A stretch of 64,000 bases of DNA from an uncultured Bacilli bacterium (lineage in GTDB: Bacteria > Bacillota_I > Bacilli_A > RF39 > UBA660). A program made the translations under genes and the position numbers. The stretch covers positions 11,296 to 75,295 of the forward strand of contig CALVVB010000063.1 of NCBI GenBank assembly GCA_944363735.1, read 5' to 3'. Each line of letters begins with the position of its first letter. Positions within the stretch are counted from its first letter, which is position 1. This document shows, piece after piece, positions 39,195-49,250 of the stretch. The notes below the pieces were generated by a model, which did no database searches, was not told the origin of the DNA, and was given only the letters and a program-made list of their open reading frames with translations.

Positions 39195-40481
39195 TTATTT
39201 TTCACCTACTACTCTAACAATAGCTTTATTACTAAAATCTAAACTATTAATAACTTCCATAATTGTTGTAACATTCATATTCTTAATTAACTCTACATAA
39301 TTATCAACTACTTTATGATAATTAACTAAATCATCTACTACATTATCCACTAGATTATCTGCATAATCTGTCTTAATAACTTCACTAGAAATCCATACCT
39401 TTTTCATTCTCTCTAAATCTATCTCATCAATAGATAGATTAGCAAGATAGTTTTCTAACTCCTTTATAAATACTGGATAATTTAAAACATCAGCTTCTAC
39501 CATAAAAGTAATAATATTATCTACATCTTGAAAATAATAACCACTTCTACTTACTAAATGTCTTTTCCTTATCATTTCTCTAAATTCTGAACTAGAACCA
39601 AAACAAAGAGATACTATCATATTAAGATATAAATCTAATATAACTTTATTCTTAATCGGAAACTTTGCTTTTTCCATTTTAAATCCCATAGCAAGTTTTT
39701 CAACTTGAACCTCTCTTTTTATTTCTTCATAGTCTTTTACTACTTTGACAGGTTCTTTATAATGCTTAATTTTAATATCCTTATCTTTTTCTAAATTAAA
39801 TCTTGCTAAAGTATCAGTTGTAATTTTAAGAACTTCATCAGGAGAAACAGCACCACCTACTACTAAAAACATATTACTAGGACGGTAGAAGATATTATAA
39901 CAAGCATATAAATCTTCTTTAGTTATTTTTTTAATCGTTGAAACAGTACCCAATATTGGAGTATTATATGGTGATAATTTATATAAATTCTTATTTATAG
40001 TTTTATATGCTAAATAATCAGGATTATCATCATTCATAGCAGCTTCTTCAGAAATTATTCCTTGTTCTTTCGCTACATTTTCATCTGTAAAGTAAGGACT
40101 ATTAACAAAAGTTAATAAATACTCCAAATTTTCTTTCATCTTTTTATTACCAGTTACAATATAACAAGTACTTTTATAACTAGTAAAAGCATTAACATAA
40201 CTACCAGTTTTGGCATAAAAGTCAAAAGGTTTATTACCATCTTTACTTTCAAACATTTTATGTTCTAGAAAATGTGCTATACCATTAGGAAAAATAGTCA
40301 TTTTACTTTCGCCTTTAGGAACAAACTCATTATTAAGGGCACCATAGTAAGTACCATAGTTAAAATAATAATTTTTCTTTTTACTAAACTCATTATTTGG
40401 AATAATAATAATTTCTAAACCATTATCTAAAACTTCTCTATAAATCGTTTTATCTACATTTTTTAGTTCAATTTTCTCCAT
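39195..40481 (-). CDS. M16-family zinc peptidase (active subunit)
   Basis: HFLEH (HxxEH) motif. Confidence 0.8.
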   Translation of the reverse strand: MEKIELKNVDKTIYREVLDNGLEIIIIPNNEFSKKKNYYFNYGTYYGALNNEFVPKGESKMTIFPNGIAHFLEHKMFESKDGNKPFDFYAKTGSYVNAFTSYKSTCYIVTGNKKMKENLEYLLTFVNSPYFTDENVAKEQGIISEEAAMNDDNPDYLAYKTINKNLYKLSPYNTPILGTVSTIKKITKEDLYACYNIFYRPSNMFLVVGGAVSPDEVLKITTDTLARFNLEKDKDIKIKHYKEPVKVVKDYEEIKREVQVEKLAMGFKMEKAKFPIKNKVILDLYLNMIVSLCFGSSSEFREMIRKRHLVSRSGYYFQDVDNIITFMVEADVLNYPVFIKELENYLANLSIDEIDLERMKKVWISSEVIKTDYADNLVDNVVDDLVNYHKVVDNYVELIKNMNVTTIMEVINSLDFSNKAIVRVVGEK

Positions 40482-41739
40482 TATCATCACTTCCTTCTAG
40501 AATATAAACTGTATTCATTTTAACTTTTTTTGCAACAGCGATGATTTCTTCTTTAGTTACTTTTAACATTTTCTTACGTTTAGTTTCAATATCATCTACT
40601 CCAAGTAATTCTATCATATAGTAACTTTCTATAATTTGAAAAGGACTTTCTATTATATCATCAATAGCACTAGTATAGTATTCTTTCGCTTTCACTATTC
40701 TATCATCATCTATTTTACCTGCTTCTAAATTTTTTAAAAGTTTTTTTACAATATTAACTGCATCCATACTTTTATCTTTAGTAATACCACCTCTAATAAT
40801 AATTAAATTATCTAATTTATTAGGAGTACTACTTACATAATAGGCAAGAGAATTTTTTTCTCTAATCTCTGTAAATAATAAAGATTCTGAACCACCACCA
40901 AGTATAGCATTATATAAAGAAAGAGGATAATTTCTTTCATAGTCTGTCAAATTATTAAGAGATAATGTTATTATTAAGTTATCTTGTTCTGCTGATGCTT
41001 TTTCTTTAACCATTTTTGTTCTAGAAGTTTTTGTCTCTTCTACTAAAGCTTTTATAGGTTGCTTCTTAAAGGTATTTATCTTAAACTTCTCTCTTATAAC
41101 ATTTGTAATATATTCTTCATCTACATCACCTAAAACAAAGATATCAACAAAATCATGTTTAATTACTTCTTCATAATAAGAATATAGATTTTCTCTAGTA
41201 ATTTTCTCTAAATCTTCCAGATAACCAATTCCTCGATAACTTATAACACTTTTATCATTAGTCGCTTCTAATCCTTTAATTAAAGCATAAGTCATTTTGT
41301 TTTCAACCAAACTATTAAGATCTGCTTTATACTCTTCATAAACTGTATTAAAATCAGTCTCGTCAAAAGCTTTATTAGTAACTTTAGGATTAAATATTAA
41401 AGAATCTAATAAATCTAAACTCTTCTCAAAGTTACCTTTTTCAGTATACTTATCATGTAATACTTTTAGACTAATTCCTGTATCTAAATAATTACCTATT
41501 CTCCTATTAGTTCCTGATATATTAACAGCGTACAGATCTTGTTCAGCTTTAGTAAGTTCTACTTTAGTTTTATAATCATTACTACCAAGCATCATAATAC
41601 GACTTAAAAAATTCCGTTTCGTAATATTTTCTTTTAAGGCTTTCTCTCGAAAAAATATTTTAACAGTAATAGTTTTATAAAGGTTTGTTTTGATTATATG
41701 AAGATTATAAGCCCCCATCTCTTTCTTTACATAATTCAT
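40468..41739 (-). CDS. M16-family peptidase-like protein (no HxxEH motif)
   Basis: Paired with and overlapping the downstream M16 gene. Has the family's length and layout but I see no HxxEH. Confidence 0.7.
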   Translation of the reverse strand: MNYVKKEMGAYNLHIIKTNLYKTITVKIFFREKALKENITKRNFLSRIMMLGSNDYKTKVELTKAEQDLYAVNISGTNRRIGNYLDTGISLKVLHDKYTEKGNFEKSLDLLDSLIFNPKVTNKAFDETDFNTVYEEYKADLNSLVENKMTYALIKGLEATNDKSVISYRGIGYLEDLEKITRENLYSYYEEVIKHDFVDIFVLGDVDEEYITNVIREKFKINTFKKQPIKALVEETKTSRTKMVKEKASAEQDNLIITLSLNNLTDYERNYPLSLYNAILGGGSESLLFTEIREKNSLAYYVSSTPNKLDNLIIIRGGITKDKSMDAVNIVKKLLKNLEAGKIDDDRIVKAKEYYTSAIDDIIESPFQIIESYYMIELLGVDDIETKRKKMLKVTKEEIIAVAKKVKMNTVYILEGSDDNGEN

Positions 41740-41755
41740 TTTTCACCTTTCCTTT

Positions 41756-42469
41756 CTATATAACCGCAGCATCTAAGGCTAGTGTAATCATCTGATTAAG
41801 TGATTGTTCCCGCTCCTCACTTGTTAAACTTTTCTCATCATAAAAAGAATCAACAACAGTCATTAGGCAAGTAGCTTCTTTATTAAGCTTTTTCGCTACA
41901 TAAAACAATCCAAAAGCCTCCATTTCTGCTGCTAAAAAATCATCATCAGGAAAATTAGATCTAAACTCATCAAGAGAACTACTATATAGATCAAATACAT
42001 CACTGGTAATAGTCTTACCAGTTTTTAAAGGAATATTCTTACTACTAGCAGTCTTCTTAATATTTTCATTCAAAGCTTCACTAGAACAAACAAAATCAAC
42101 CTCATTATCATCTAATAATTTTGGAAAGTATGTTTTAGAATATGCTCCTTCTGATAAAACAACATCTAGAACCTTAATATTTTTATTAAACGAACCACTA
42201 GTTCCAATACGAATTATTTTCTTTACATCATAAAATTTATATAGTTCATAAGAATATATTCCAATACTAGGAATCCCCATACCAGATGCAAAAACTGTTA
42301 CTTTATTTCCTTTATAATAACCAGTATAGCCAAACATATTTCTAACTTTATTAACCAATTTGTAATCAGTTAAAAAATTTTCAGCGATATATTTTGCACG
42401 TAAAGGATCTCCTGGCATCAGAACTACTTCTGCAATATCTTCTATTTTACTTTCAATATGTGGTGTCAT
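41756..42469 (-). CDS. deoD: purine nucleoside phosphorylase, DeoD type
   Basis: MTPHIESKIEDIAEVVLMPGDPLRAKYIAENFL is nearly collinear with the E. coli DeoD N-terminus. Confidence 0.9.
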   Translation of the reverse strand: MTPHIESKIEDIAEVVLMPGDPLRAKYIAENFLTDYKLVNKVRNMFGYTGYYKGNKVTVFASGMGIPSIGIYSYELYKFYDVKKIIRIGTSGSFNKNIKVLDVVLSEGAYSKTYFPKLLDDNEVDFVCSSEALNENIKKTASSKNIPLKTGKTITSDVFDLYSSSLDEFRSNFPDDDFLAAEMEAFGLFYVAKKLNKEATCLMTVVDSFYDEKSLTSEEREQSLNQMITLALDAAVI

Positions 42470-42600
42470 AATAAACCTCCTAAAAAAATTATAAAAATGT
42501 TAACTTTTTATAATCTTATCGTTAACACTCCCTATTAAAATTATAACTTAATTAATTTAAAAAAGGAAGTTAATTTTTGATAAAGCCTAGTACCTAGCTT

Positions 42601-43137
42601 TTAATCGTCATATAAACCATGTATTTTTTCTAAATCATGATCACTTATTTTTTCTAATACCCATTTTTTATTATCTTTAACTAAATTAAAATTTATTGTA
42701 TAACTAGCCTTATCAGTTACTTCTTTCATAGCATTTATCTTATAGTGATCAATCTTCTCTTCTTTTGATTCTTTATCATCACTAGCAAATTCTTCATCAT
42801 GTTCTTCAATATAATCATTCGCTTCATTTAAAGCATTATTATAATCAAAAACTTCTAATTCTACTATTACAGTAGCACTATCGCCATTAGTCTGTTCATT
42901 TTTTATCTTATAGGATAAATTTTGATATTGTTTAATCATCAACTCTTTATACTCTTCTTTATATTCATCACTATAATTACTATTATCCACTACATCATCC
43001 AATTCAGTTAAAACAGTACTATCAAGTATTTGATATTTACCTAAATATTCTTCTACTCTTTTAGTTGGAGTATTCATCATATCATTACACCCAGTAAGTA
43101 ATACTAAAAACATCACTAACAATAATATTTTCTTTTT
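42601..43137 (-). CDS. lipoprotein, unknown function
   Basis: Lipobox LLTGC. Start trimmed to MKKKILL. Confidence 0.65.
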   Translation of the reverse strand, partial: KKKILLLVMFLVLLTGCNDMMNTPTKRVEEYLGKYQILDSTVLTELDDVVDNSNYSDEYKEEYKELMIKQYQNLSYKIKNEQTNGDSATVIVELEVFDYNNALNEANDYIEEHDEEFASDDKESKEEKIDHYKINAMKEVTDKASYTINFNLVKDNKKWVLEKISDHDLEKIHGLYDD

Positions 43138-43247
43138 CATTTCTATCACCTAATATTATTATTTACATTTTTTTATATTTTATACTTTAGTTTGACAAAT
43201 AAATATATTTATCATATAATTTATATCACTCTAGGGGGATATAATAA

Positions 43248-43427
43248 ATGGATTCTAATAATGAAAATAATAATTATAAATATAGTTATAGTGATATAGA
43301 TTTAGAAGAATTAGAAGATCTAATTTTAAAATCTACTAAAGAAATAATAGAATATTATGAATATACAGATTTATTAAAAGAAGAAGAACAAGAAAATGAT
43401 TCTACAAAAACATACAAAATAAAGTAA
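43248..43427 (+). CDS. small acidic hypothetical protein (59 aa, below the track cutoff)
   Basis: RBS taggggga 8 nt upstream. Translation: MDSNNENNNYKYSYSDIDLEELEDLILKSTKEIIEYYEYTDLLKEEEQENDSTKTYKIK. Confidence 0.4.
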   Translation: MDSNNENNNYKYSYSDIDLEELEDLILKSTKEIIEYYEYTDLLKEEEQENDSTKTYKIK

Positions 43428-44081
43428 TTATTTTTTCTTAATTGTTGATAATTTTAAAAGATTATATAATTTATGATGAAATTTATTATAATCTTTTGAT
43501 ATTTCTTTTTCCAATACTATTAACTTGTTATCAAAATCTCCCCCTTCATCCATAAAGAACTCTTTATAAAGATAATTTAATTTAGACACCTCTTTATTTT
43601 GTCTAATTTTTTTTATTTCTCTTGATAAAAACTTATGTTCTTCTTCCTCTTTTCTAGTTAAATAAGATATATTACTACTCTTTCTTATAATATTATATGG
43701 AATATCCATTACAACTAACTCTTCTCCTATTTCTAAAACTTCTTCCTCTTCATCTAATAAAAGATTACTTTTATAAACAACATTACCTTCACTATCAAGT
43801 TCTAAAGCTAAAGCTTTTTTATTAGTAGTTACAATAACAGCATAATCAACTATATCTATTTCATTATGGAAATAACTTTCTGTTTTATCTTTTATTTTAA
43901 ATAAAAAACTCTTATCTATTTTAATTTTAGATGTTAATAAATCTTTAAGCATAATATCTTTAACTCTAATAATTGGTATTTTCTTTATATGTTCTAAATC
44001 ATCTTCTAAATTCCATTCATAAAATTCCTTTAATCTTATATCTTTTGTCCAATTAAGTAAAATATCGTAAGTGTAAATCAT
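43428..44081 (-). CDS. hypothetical protein
   Basis: 217-aa ORF coupled to the upstream small membrane ORF. Confidence 0.5.
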   Translation of the reverse strand: MIYTYDILLNWTKDIRLKEFYEWNLEDDLEHIKKIPIIRVKDIMLKDLLTSKIKIDKSFLFKIKDKTESYFHNEIDIVDYAVIVTTNKKALALELDSEGNVVYKSNLLLDEEEEVLEIGEELVVMDIPYNIIRKSSNISYLTRKEEEEHKFLSREIKKIRQNKEVSKLNYLYKEFFMDEGGDFDNKLIVLEKEISKDYNKFHHKLYNLLKLSTIKKK

Positions 44082-44263
44082 CTTTTATTCCCCTTTCTTT
44101 TTAATGATACAATTAATAAGATAATACCCAATATTAAAGTATAGTTCTTAATATTAGAAAACATGAATTTTAGATATTCTATAAAAGAATATCCAAAGGT
44201 AAATAGATTAGAATAAATTATAAAATAAAAGAACCCTACTGTTGTTAAAATAAAACCTATCAA
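44078..44263 (-). CDS. small membrane protein
   Basis: 61 aa with two TM segments; 4-nt overlap with the next gene. Confidence 0.45.
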   Translation of the reverse strand: MIGFILTTVGFFYFIIYSNLFTFGYSFIEYLKFMFSNIKNYTLILGIILLIVSLKRKGNKR

Positions 44264-44358
44264 TCCTATAAATATATATTTAATAATATCACCTAATATA
44301 ATTTATTCTAATTTATTTTTAGTATACAAGAATAATTATTTTTTATACAAAAAAAAGC

Positions 44359-45444
44359 TTAAAAAAGCTTCTCTTTAGATTCTATTTCTTTAGTATCTTT
44401 AAACTCTACTTTATTAATACTTTCAAACTTTTTACTAATTTTATCTGTTGTAATTGAAACATTCTCTACATCTTTATTAACTGCCTGAATGCTTCTTGAT
44501 AATTTATCCCATCGTTCTTTATATCTTGCAAATTCCAAACTTAATTTATTCAACTCTTCATGAATAATAGAAGTGTATTTATCCTTTTCCATATTTTTAA
44601 TAATCATTTGTATAACGGTTAGTGTTGACATTAAAGTTGTAGGAGATGTTAGCCATACTCTTTTCTTATAGGCATATTCAATTAAATCTGGATGATAGGC
44701 ATTTATCTCTGCAAATATTGCTTCTGCAGGTAAAAACATAATTGCTTGATTACTTGTAACACCATCTATAATATATTTACTACTAATAGCATCTATATGT
44801 TTTTTTACATCCAACTTAAAAGCTTTGGTAGCAGCCTCTCTTTCTATTTTAGATAAATCTTTATCAACCATAATTTGATAATGCTCTAAAGGAAATTTAG
44901 AATCTATTGCAATAGTACCAAGAGGTTCAGGTGCGAAAAGAATTGAGTCTGCAATAGTACCATTTGGAAGAGTATATTGTAATCTATAAATAGAATCATT
45001 TCCTTCACCAAATATATTAACAAGTATATGTTTTAAGTTAACTTCACCATAGATACCTCTTGTCTTTTTATCTGTTAATATACTTTGTAAGGAGATAATA
45101 TCAGTAGATAGTGTATCTATTTTCTTCTGTGCTTCATCTATTTTACTAAGACGTTCTATAACCGATGTAAAAGTTTTATTAGTCTTCTCAAAATTTTGAT
45201 TAATTCTTTCATTTACCGCTTCATTAATAGCAAGGAGTCTCTTTTCCAATCCCTCATTTAATTTAGTAAAATCATCAGTTAGATTTCTAGTTAATCCATC
45301 TTTAAATTCATTTAACTCTTTAATAGTATTAATTTCTAAATTATTAAGTCTATCAGTTATTTTAGACTCATTTATATTTTTCATAAGTGATATAACTATT
45401 AAAATAATTATTAGTACAAGTAATATTATAATTAAGTAATCCAT
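44359..45444 (-). CDS. rmuC: DNA recombination protein RmuC
   Basis: N-terminal TM segment, a long coiled coil, then a nuclease-like C-terminus (AIDSKFPLE). Confidence 0.8.
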   Translation of the reverse strand: MDYLIIILLVLIIILIVISLMKNINESKITDRLNNLEINTIKELNEFKDGLTRNLTDDFTKLNEGLEKRLLAINEAVNERINQNFEKTNKTFTSVIERLSKIDEAQKKIDTLSTDIISLQSILTDKKTRGIYGEVNLKHILVNIFGEGNDSIYRLQYTLPNGTIADSILFAPEPLGTIAIDSKFPLEHYQIMVDKDLSKIEREAATKAFKLDVKKHIDAISSKYIIDGVTSNQAIMFLPAEAIFAEINAYHPDLIEYAYKKRVWLTSPTTLMSTLTVIQMIIKNMEKDKYTSIIHEELNKLSLEFARYKERWDKLSRSIQAVNKDVENVSITTDKISKKFESINKVEFKDTKEIESKEKLF

Positions 45445-45496
45445 AAATTTATCCTCCTATATATAGGATACATTTAGAACAAATTTTCGTCAAGAA

Positions 45497-45763
45497 TTAT
45501 TTTTCATAACCAGACTTAATACTATAAGTATTATATCCTTTATTATTAAGAATAGCAGATAGTCTTTTACTATTAAAACCAGTTTCACATATTAAGTAAT
45601 AAGTTTTATCAAAGGATAGATATTTATCAGGCATAGTTCGTAGTACTCTTAAAGGAATATTAATAGCATTTTTAAGATGCCCTCTTTCATATAAGTAATG
45701 TTCTCTTATATCAATTATATTAGAATTATCTAAATATTTAATTTCATCATAATCTATTTCCAT
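45497..45763 (-). CDS. rhodanese-like domain protein
   Basis: About 88 aa with IIDIRE...GH...AINIP and a C..G..S loop. Confidence 0.6.
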   Translation of the reverse strand: MEIDYDEIKYLDNSNIIDIREHYLYERGHLKNAINIPLRVLRTMPDKYLSFDKTYYLICETGFNSKRLSAILNNKGYNTYSIKSGYEK

Positions 45764-45786
45764 ACATAACACCACTATATTATATG

Positions 45787-45817
45787 AAAAAAAAGAAAAA
45801 AGAGGTAAGTCCTCTTA
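45787..45817 (-). terminator. intrinsic terminator after the target-paralog remnant
   Basis: Minus strand reads aagagg-actta-cctctt followed by a T-rich run. Confidence 0.65.
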
Positions 45818-47380
45818 ATTAGATAATTCGATAGTAAATGGATCTGTTTTAGTTCCTGTTCCTCCAGTTATTACAACATTAGATTTTAGATTCATGGATG
45901 GACGCACACATAAACTAACAGACAAATTATACATAGTAACACCATATGAATGATTGCCGGAAATAACACTTACTGAACCTGTTGAATCAATATATGGTGT
46001 TAAGAGAAAATAATTATCTATATACATATTAAAGTTAAATTGTTGTTGCATTAATTCTCCATATCTTAATAATCCTACTTTAGCAGTTGTTGTATTTGAA
46101 GTTAATATGCTTTCACTTGGATCCGTATATTTTGCTAGTTTATAATATGGTGTATCTGCTCCTACAGTTCCAAGATACCATGTTGTATTATCTTCTATCA
46201 TATTCACTTGCTCACTTGTCAAGTATTCTCCACTTGTTAAATATTCTCCATTTAAGAATGTACCTATTGTATTCGTACTTGAAAAATATTATTACCACCA
46301 AACAACATTAATTTAAAACTCCCAGAATCTTTCAATGGTTCTGCACTGGTTATTTTAGTTAAACCTTCTGTTTCATGGCTTACTATTTGATATAAATTGT
46401 TTTCTCCTGTTCCAAATCTTATATATTCTCCACTATATCTTGTATTTAGAAGACTACCAGATAAATCACTATCATTATCTCCTTCTAATCTGTATGGATC
46501 ATCTGCTGTTCCATTTCCACTTACTATCTTTACATCACTTTTTAAATTTATAGCTGGACGAATATTAGTACTAACTTCTGAAAAAGTTTCCATACTAGGA
46601 TAACAATAGGAAATATAAATTATAGTATTGGCAGTTTGTGGTGTTAAAGTATACCAACTTGATTTTGTGTTTAAATATCCATTATCATAGGTTGTACCTC
46701 TATAACTAGTTTGATATTCATATAAATTAAGTAGTCCTACTGCATCTGTTACTACTGTTGTTCCGTTTGGTCTTGTTATACTTCCATACTTATACCTCAT
46801 TTCTCTATCTAACTTGATCTCCTGTTATTCTAAGTTTTCCTTTCCAAACTTGACCACCAAAATCTCCATCTATTTCTATTGTCGGCCACACTCTTAAAAC
46901 ATAACTATTTTCTTCTCCTCTAGTTAATGTTCCCTTATCTAAAATTCTAGAACCATCTACCCCTAAACTCTCTAAATATTTGGCAGATCCTACACTATCA
47001 TTTTTATCTAAACTATACTTTAAATACATATCATCTAATTGAACCTCTGGAGAAGTTATTTCAATATTATCTAAATAGATTGCATAATTTACATCTGCAG
47101 TACCAGTATTTTCTAAAGTAAAATTATAACCTGTCAAAGCTAATCCCTCACTATCAGTTAAAGGATACGTATCCTCCAAATTAATAGTATTACCTTCATT
47201 TAAAGTTAATTCTAAAGTTCCAAGAGTAATAATATTTTCACTACCTTGTCTACTATAACTAAAGGCTGCAAATGATAATGCTATTATTACTATTAACAAC
47301 ACAAATAATAAAACTATTAAAAATATTTTATTTCTTTTTTCTTTCATATTCTCACCTACATTATACATAAAGTATAACAT
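45815..47380 (-). pseudogene. disrupted paralog of the DGR target protein (three ORF fragments)
   Basis: The 191-, 178- and 135-aa ORFs are collinear with the N-terminal, middle and C-terminal parts of the 19706-21580 product. About 130 aa are missing at 46800-46807, with a stop and frame change there. There is a +1 shift at the A5 run 46282-46286, where the intact gene has A4. Confidence 0.65.
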
Positions 47381-47407
47381 TATTACTTTTATCTTTCAAC
47401 TGCCTTT

Positions 47408-48358
47408 TTAATTTAAACTACTTCTTTTAACATTATTAACTTCTTTACCATTTACTCTAAAACTAACCGTATTCACATTATAATTTGCAAAAACTGATGA
47501 ACTTATCATATATAATACTTCTTCTTGTATTTTACTATCACTATCAAACAAGGCATTATTAAAATCTAATATTAATAATTCATCATCTACAATCTCTTTG
47601 TCCATTAGTTCTACATTCTCATTTAATATACTTCTTAAGTTATCCTCATATATATAACTAGTTGTAAGTTCTTCAACTATAATATTTATTTTATCTTTAT
47701 TATCTTCATTATTTAAATATTTAGTAACAGGTACATAGTAAGTATCTTCATCTATTAATTCTTGATAATAAATAGTAACTTTAGTTAAGTCTTTTAAGCT
47801 AGTATAAGAGTATTCTTTATTTATACCTATATCTCTAGTAAGAGGTAAAGATAACTTTTTACTTGTATTAGGATATGTTTCTAAAGAATTACCTTCTATT
47901 GATATATTAACTTTATTTATATCATCAAGTTCTGTTATAGAGTATACTAAAGATTCTATTAATTTAAGAGAAGTTTCTTCATTAACATTCATAAATTCTT
48001 TAGAAAAATCTAATGAAACTAAATCGTTTTCTATTGTAACTTTATTTAGTTTAGTATTTTTAGGTATTAAACTCTTTAATTTATCAGGAAATTTAGTATT
48101 ACTACTTATAGTAAGATTACTAATTATACTTTTTATTTTATCTTCTGTTTTTTCACTATCTAATAAAATTTTAGTTTTAACTAAATAATTATTTTCATCT
48201 AATAAGTAAATAGATGAATTAGCAAGATCTGTTATGTATTCAAATTCTAAATTAGTCTCAAGTGTCTTTTCTGTTAAAGGAATTAAATAGATAGTCATGA
48301 TAATAAAAACACTCATAGTAGTAATAAATATTTTTCTTAAAGCTTTTTTTCTTAACAT
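47408..48358 (-). CDS. GerM-like sporulation/germination protein (GerMN repeats)
   Basis: N-terminal anchor and two modules ending in LDFSKEF / LILDFNNALFD, as in GerMN domains (from memory). Confidence 0.55.
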   Translation of the reverse strand: MLRKKALRKIFITTMSVFIIMTIYLIPLTEKTLETNLEFEYITDLANSSIYLLDENNYLVKTKILLDSEKTEDKIKSIISNLTISSNTKFPDKLKSLIPKNTKLNKVTIENDLVSLDFSKEFMNVNEETSLKLIESLVYSITELDDINKVNISIEGNSLETYPNTSKKLSLPLTRDIGINKEYSYTSLKDLTKVTIYYQELIDEDTYYVPVTKYLNNEDNKDKINIIVEELTTSYIYEDNLRSILNENVELMDKEIVDDELLILDFNNALFDSDSKIQEEVLYMISSSVFANYNVNTVSFRVNGKEVNNVKRSSLN

Positions 48359-48406
48359 AAAATCACCTAGTAAAGTATATAAAAAAAAGTACTGTTTTAG
48401 TACTTT

Positions 48407-48610
48407 TTATAATTCAATTTCATTTAATTTTAAAAGCTCAATTACAGCATTAGCTCTTCCTTTTACACCAAGCTTTTGCATAACATTAGAAATATGATTT
48501 CTAACTGTTTTTTCACTTATTTTTAAAGATGAAGCTATTTCTTTAGTAGTTAAACCGCTCACTAAAAGTTCAAAGACTTCTTTTTCTCTTGTTGTTAATA
48601 TTCCTCTCAT
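48407..48610 (-). CDS. gerE: LuxR-type sporulation regulator GerE
   Basis: LTTREKEVFELLVSGLTTKEIASSLKISEKTVRNHISNVMQKLGVKGRANAVIELLKLNEIEL is nearly collinear with B. subtilis GerE. Confidence 0.85.
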   Translation of the reverse strand: MRGILTTREKEVFELLVSGLTTKEIASSLKISEKTVRNHISNVMQKLGVKGRANAVIELLKLNEIEL

Positions 48611-48687
48611 AATTATCCCCTTTCCCAATTCTTGAAGTACTCAATAGTAGTTTATGAGAAAAGGTTTATTTGTTGTAGATAAAAGTC

Positions 48688-49203
48688 CTAGCTACCTTCA
48701 AACTTAACGGTTATTGTTTTTTTAGTATTATATTCTCCTTGAATAGTTCTCATTATGTTATTAGCAAGGGTTATATCATGTTTTTTCTTTGCAGCAACTA
48801 CTGTAATTTTATTAGAATCTACTTTAACAAAACTATTCAAGTTATGCTTTTCTTTAATTAATTTTTCTAATTTTTCTTCTTCTCCTTCTATTACTGATAA
48901 GTATTTTAATTGTTCATAGGCATTATTCTTCTCATCAGTAGTAGCATCTTCATTAGTCATAGTAGTTTTTAATTCTTCTTTTTCTTTATCTCTTTCTTCA
49001 TCTAGACTCACTCTTAAAGCAGTTAAGTTATCTGTTTCACTAACTGTTTCTTGATCTTCTGTTTCTTCTTTTGTTTCACTTTTTTTATCATTAGTAGAAC
49101 TACTAGCAATTAACAAGTCATTAGGCATAGTTATATAATAAACACTAAGAACTAATATAAGACTAAAAAGAGTTAAAAACCATAAATTTTGTTTATTAAT
49201 CAT
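48688..49203 (-). CDS. spoIIIAH: SpoIIIAH-like protein
   Basis: N-terminus KQNLWFLTLFSLILVLSVYYI matches the SpoIIIAH start (KQTVWLLTMLSLVVVLSVYYI). Also has an acidic linker and a C-terminal ...ITVKFE. Confidence 0.65.
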   Translation of the reverse strand: MINKQNLWFLTLFSLILVLSVYYITMPNDLLIASSSTNDKKSETKEETEDQETVSETDNLTALRVSLDEERDKEKEELKTTMTNEDATTDEKNNAYEQLKYLSVIEGEEEKLEKLIKEKHNLNSFVKVDSNKITVVAAKKKHDITLANNIMRTIQGEYNTKKTITVKFEGS

Positions 49204-49250
49204 TTGTTTCCTCCCTTTTACTATTACAATTTATGAGGGAGATATTAGTT

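Noticed and set aside
45815-47380. Three separate small surface-protein genes.
   Set aside because: They are collinear fragments of a single paralog of the DGR target, and the frame breaks map to a homopolymer run and a deletion junction.
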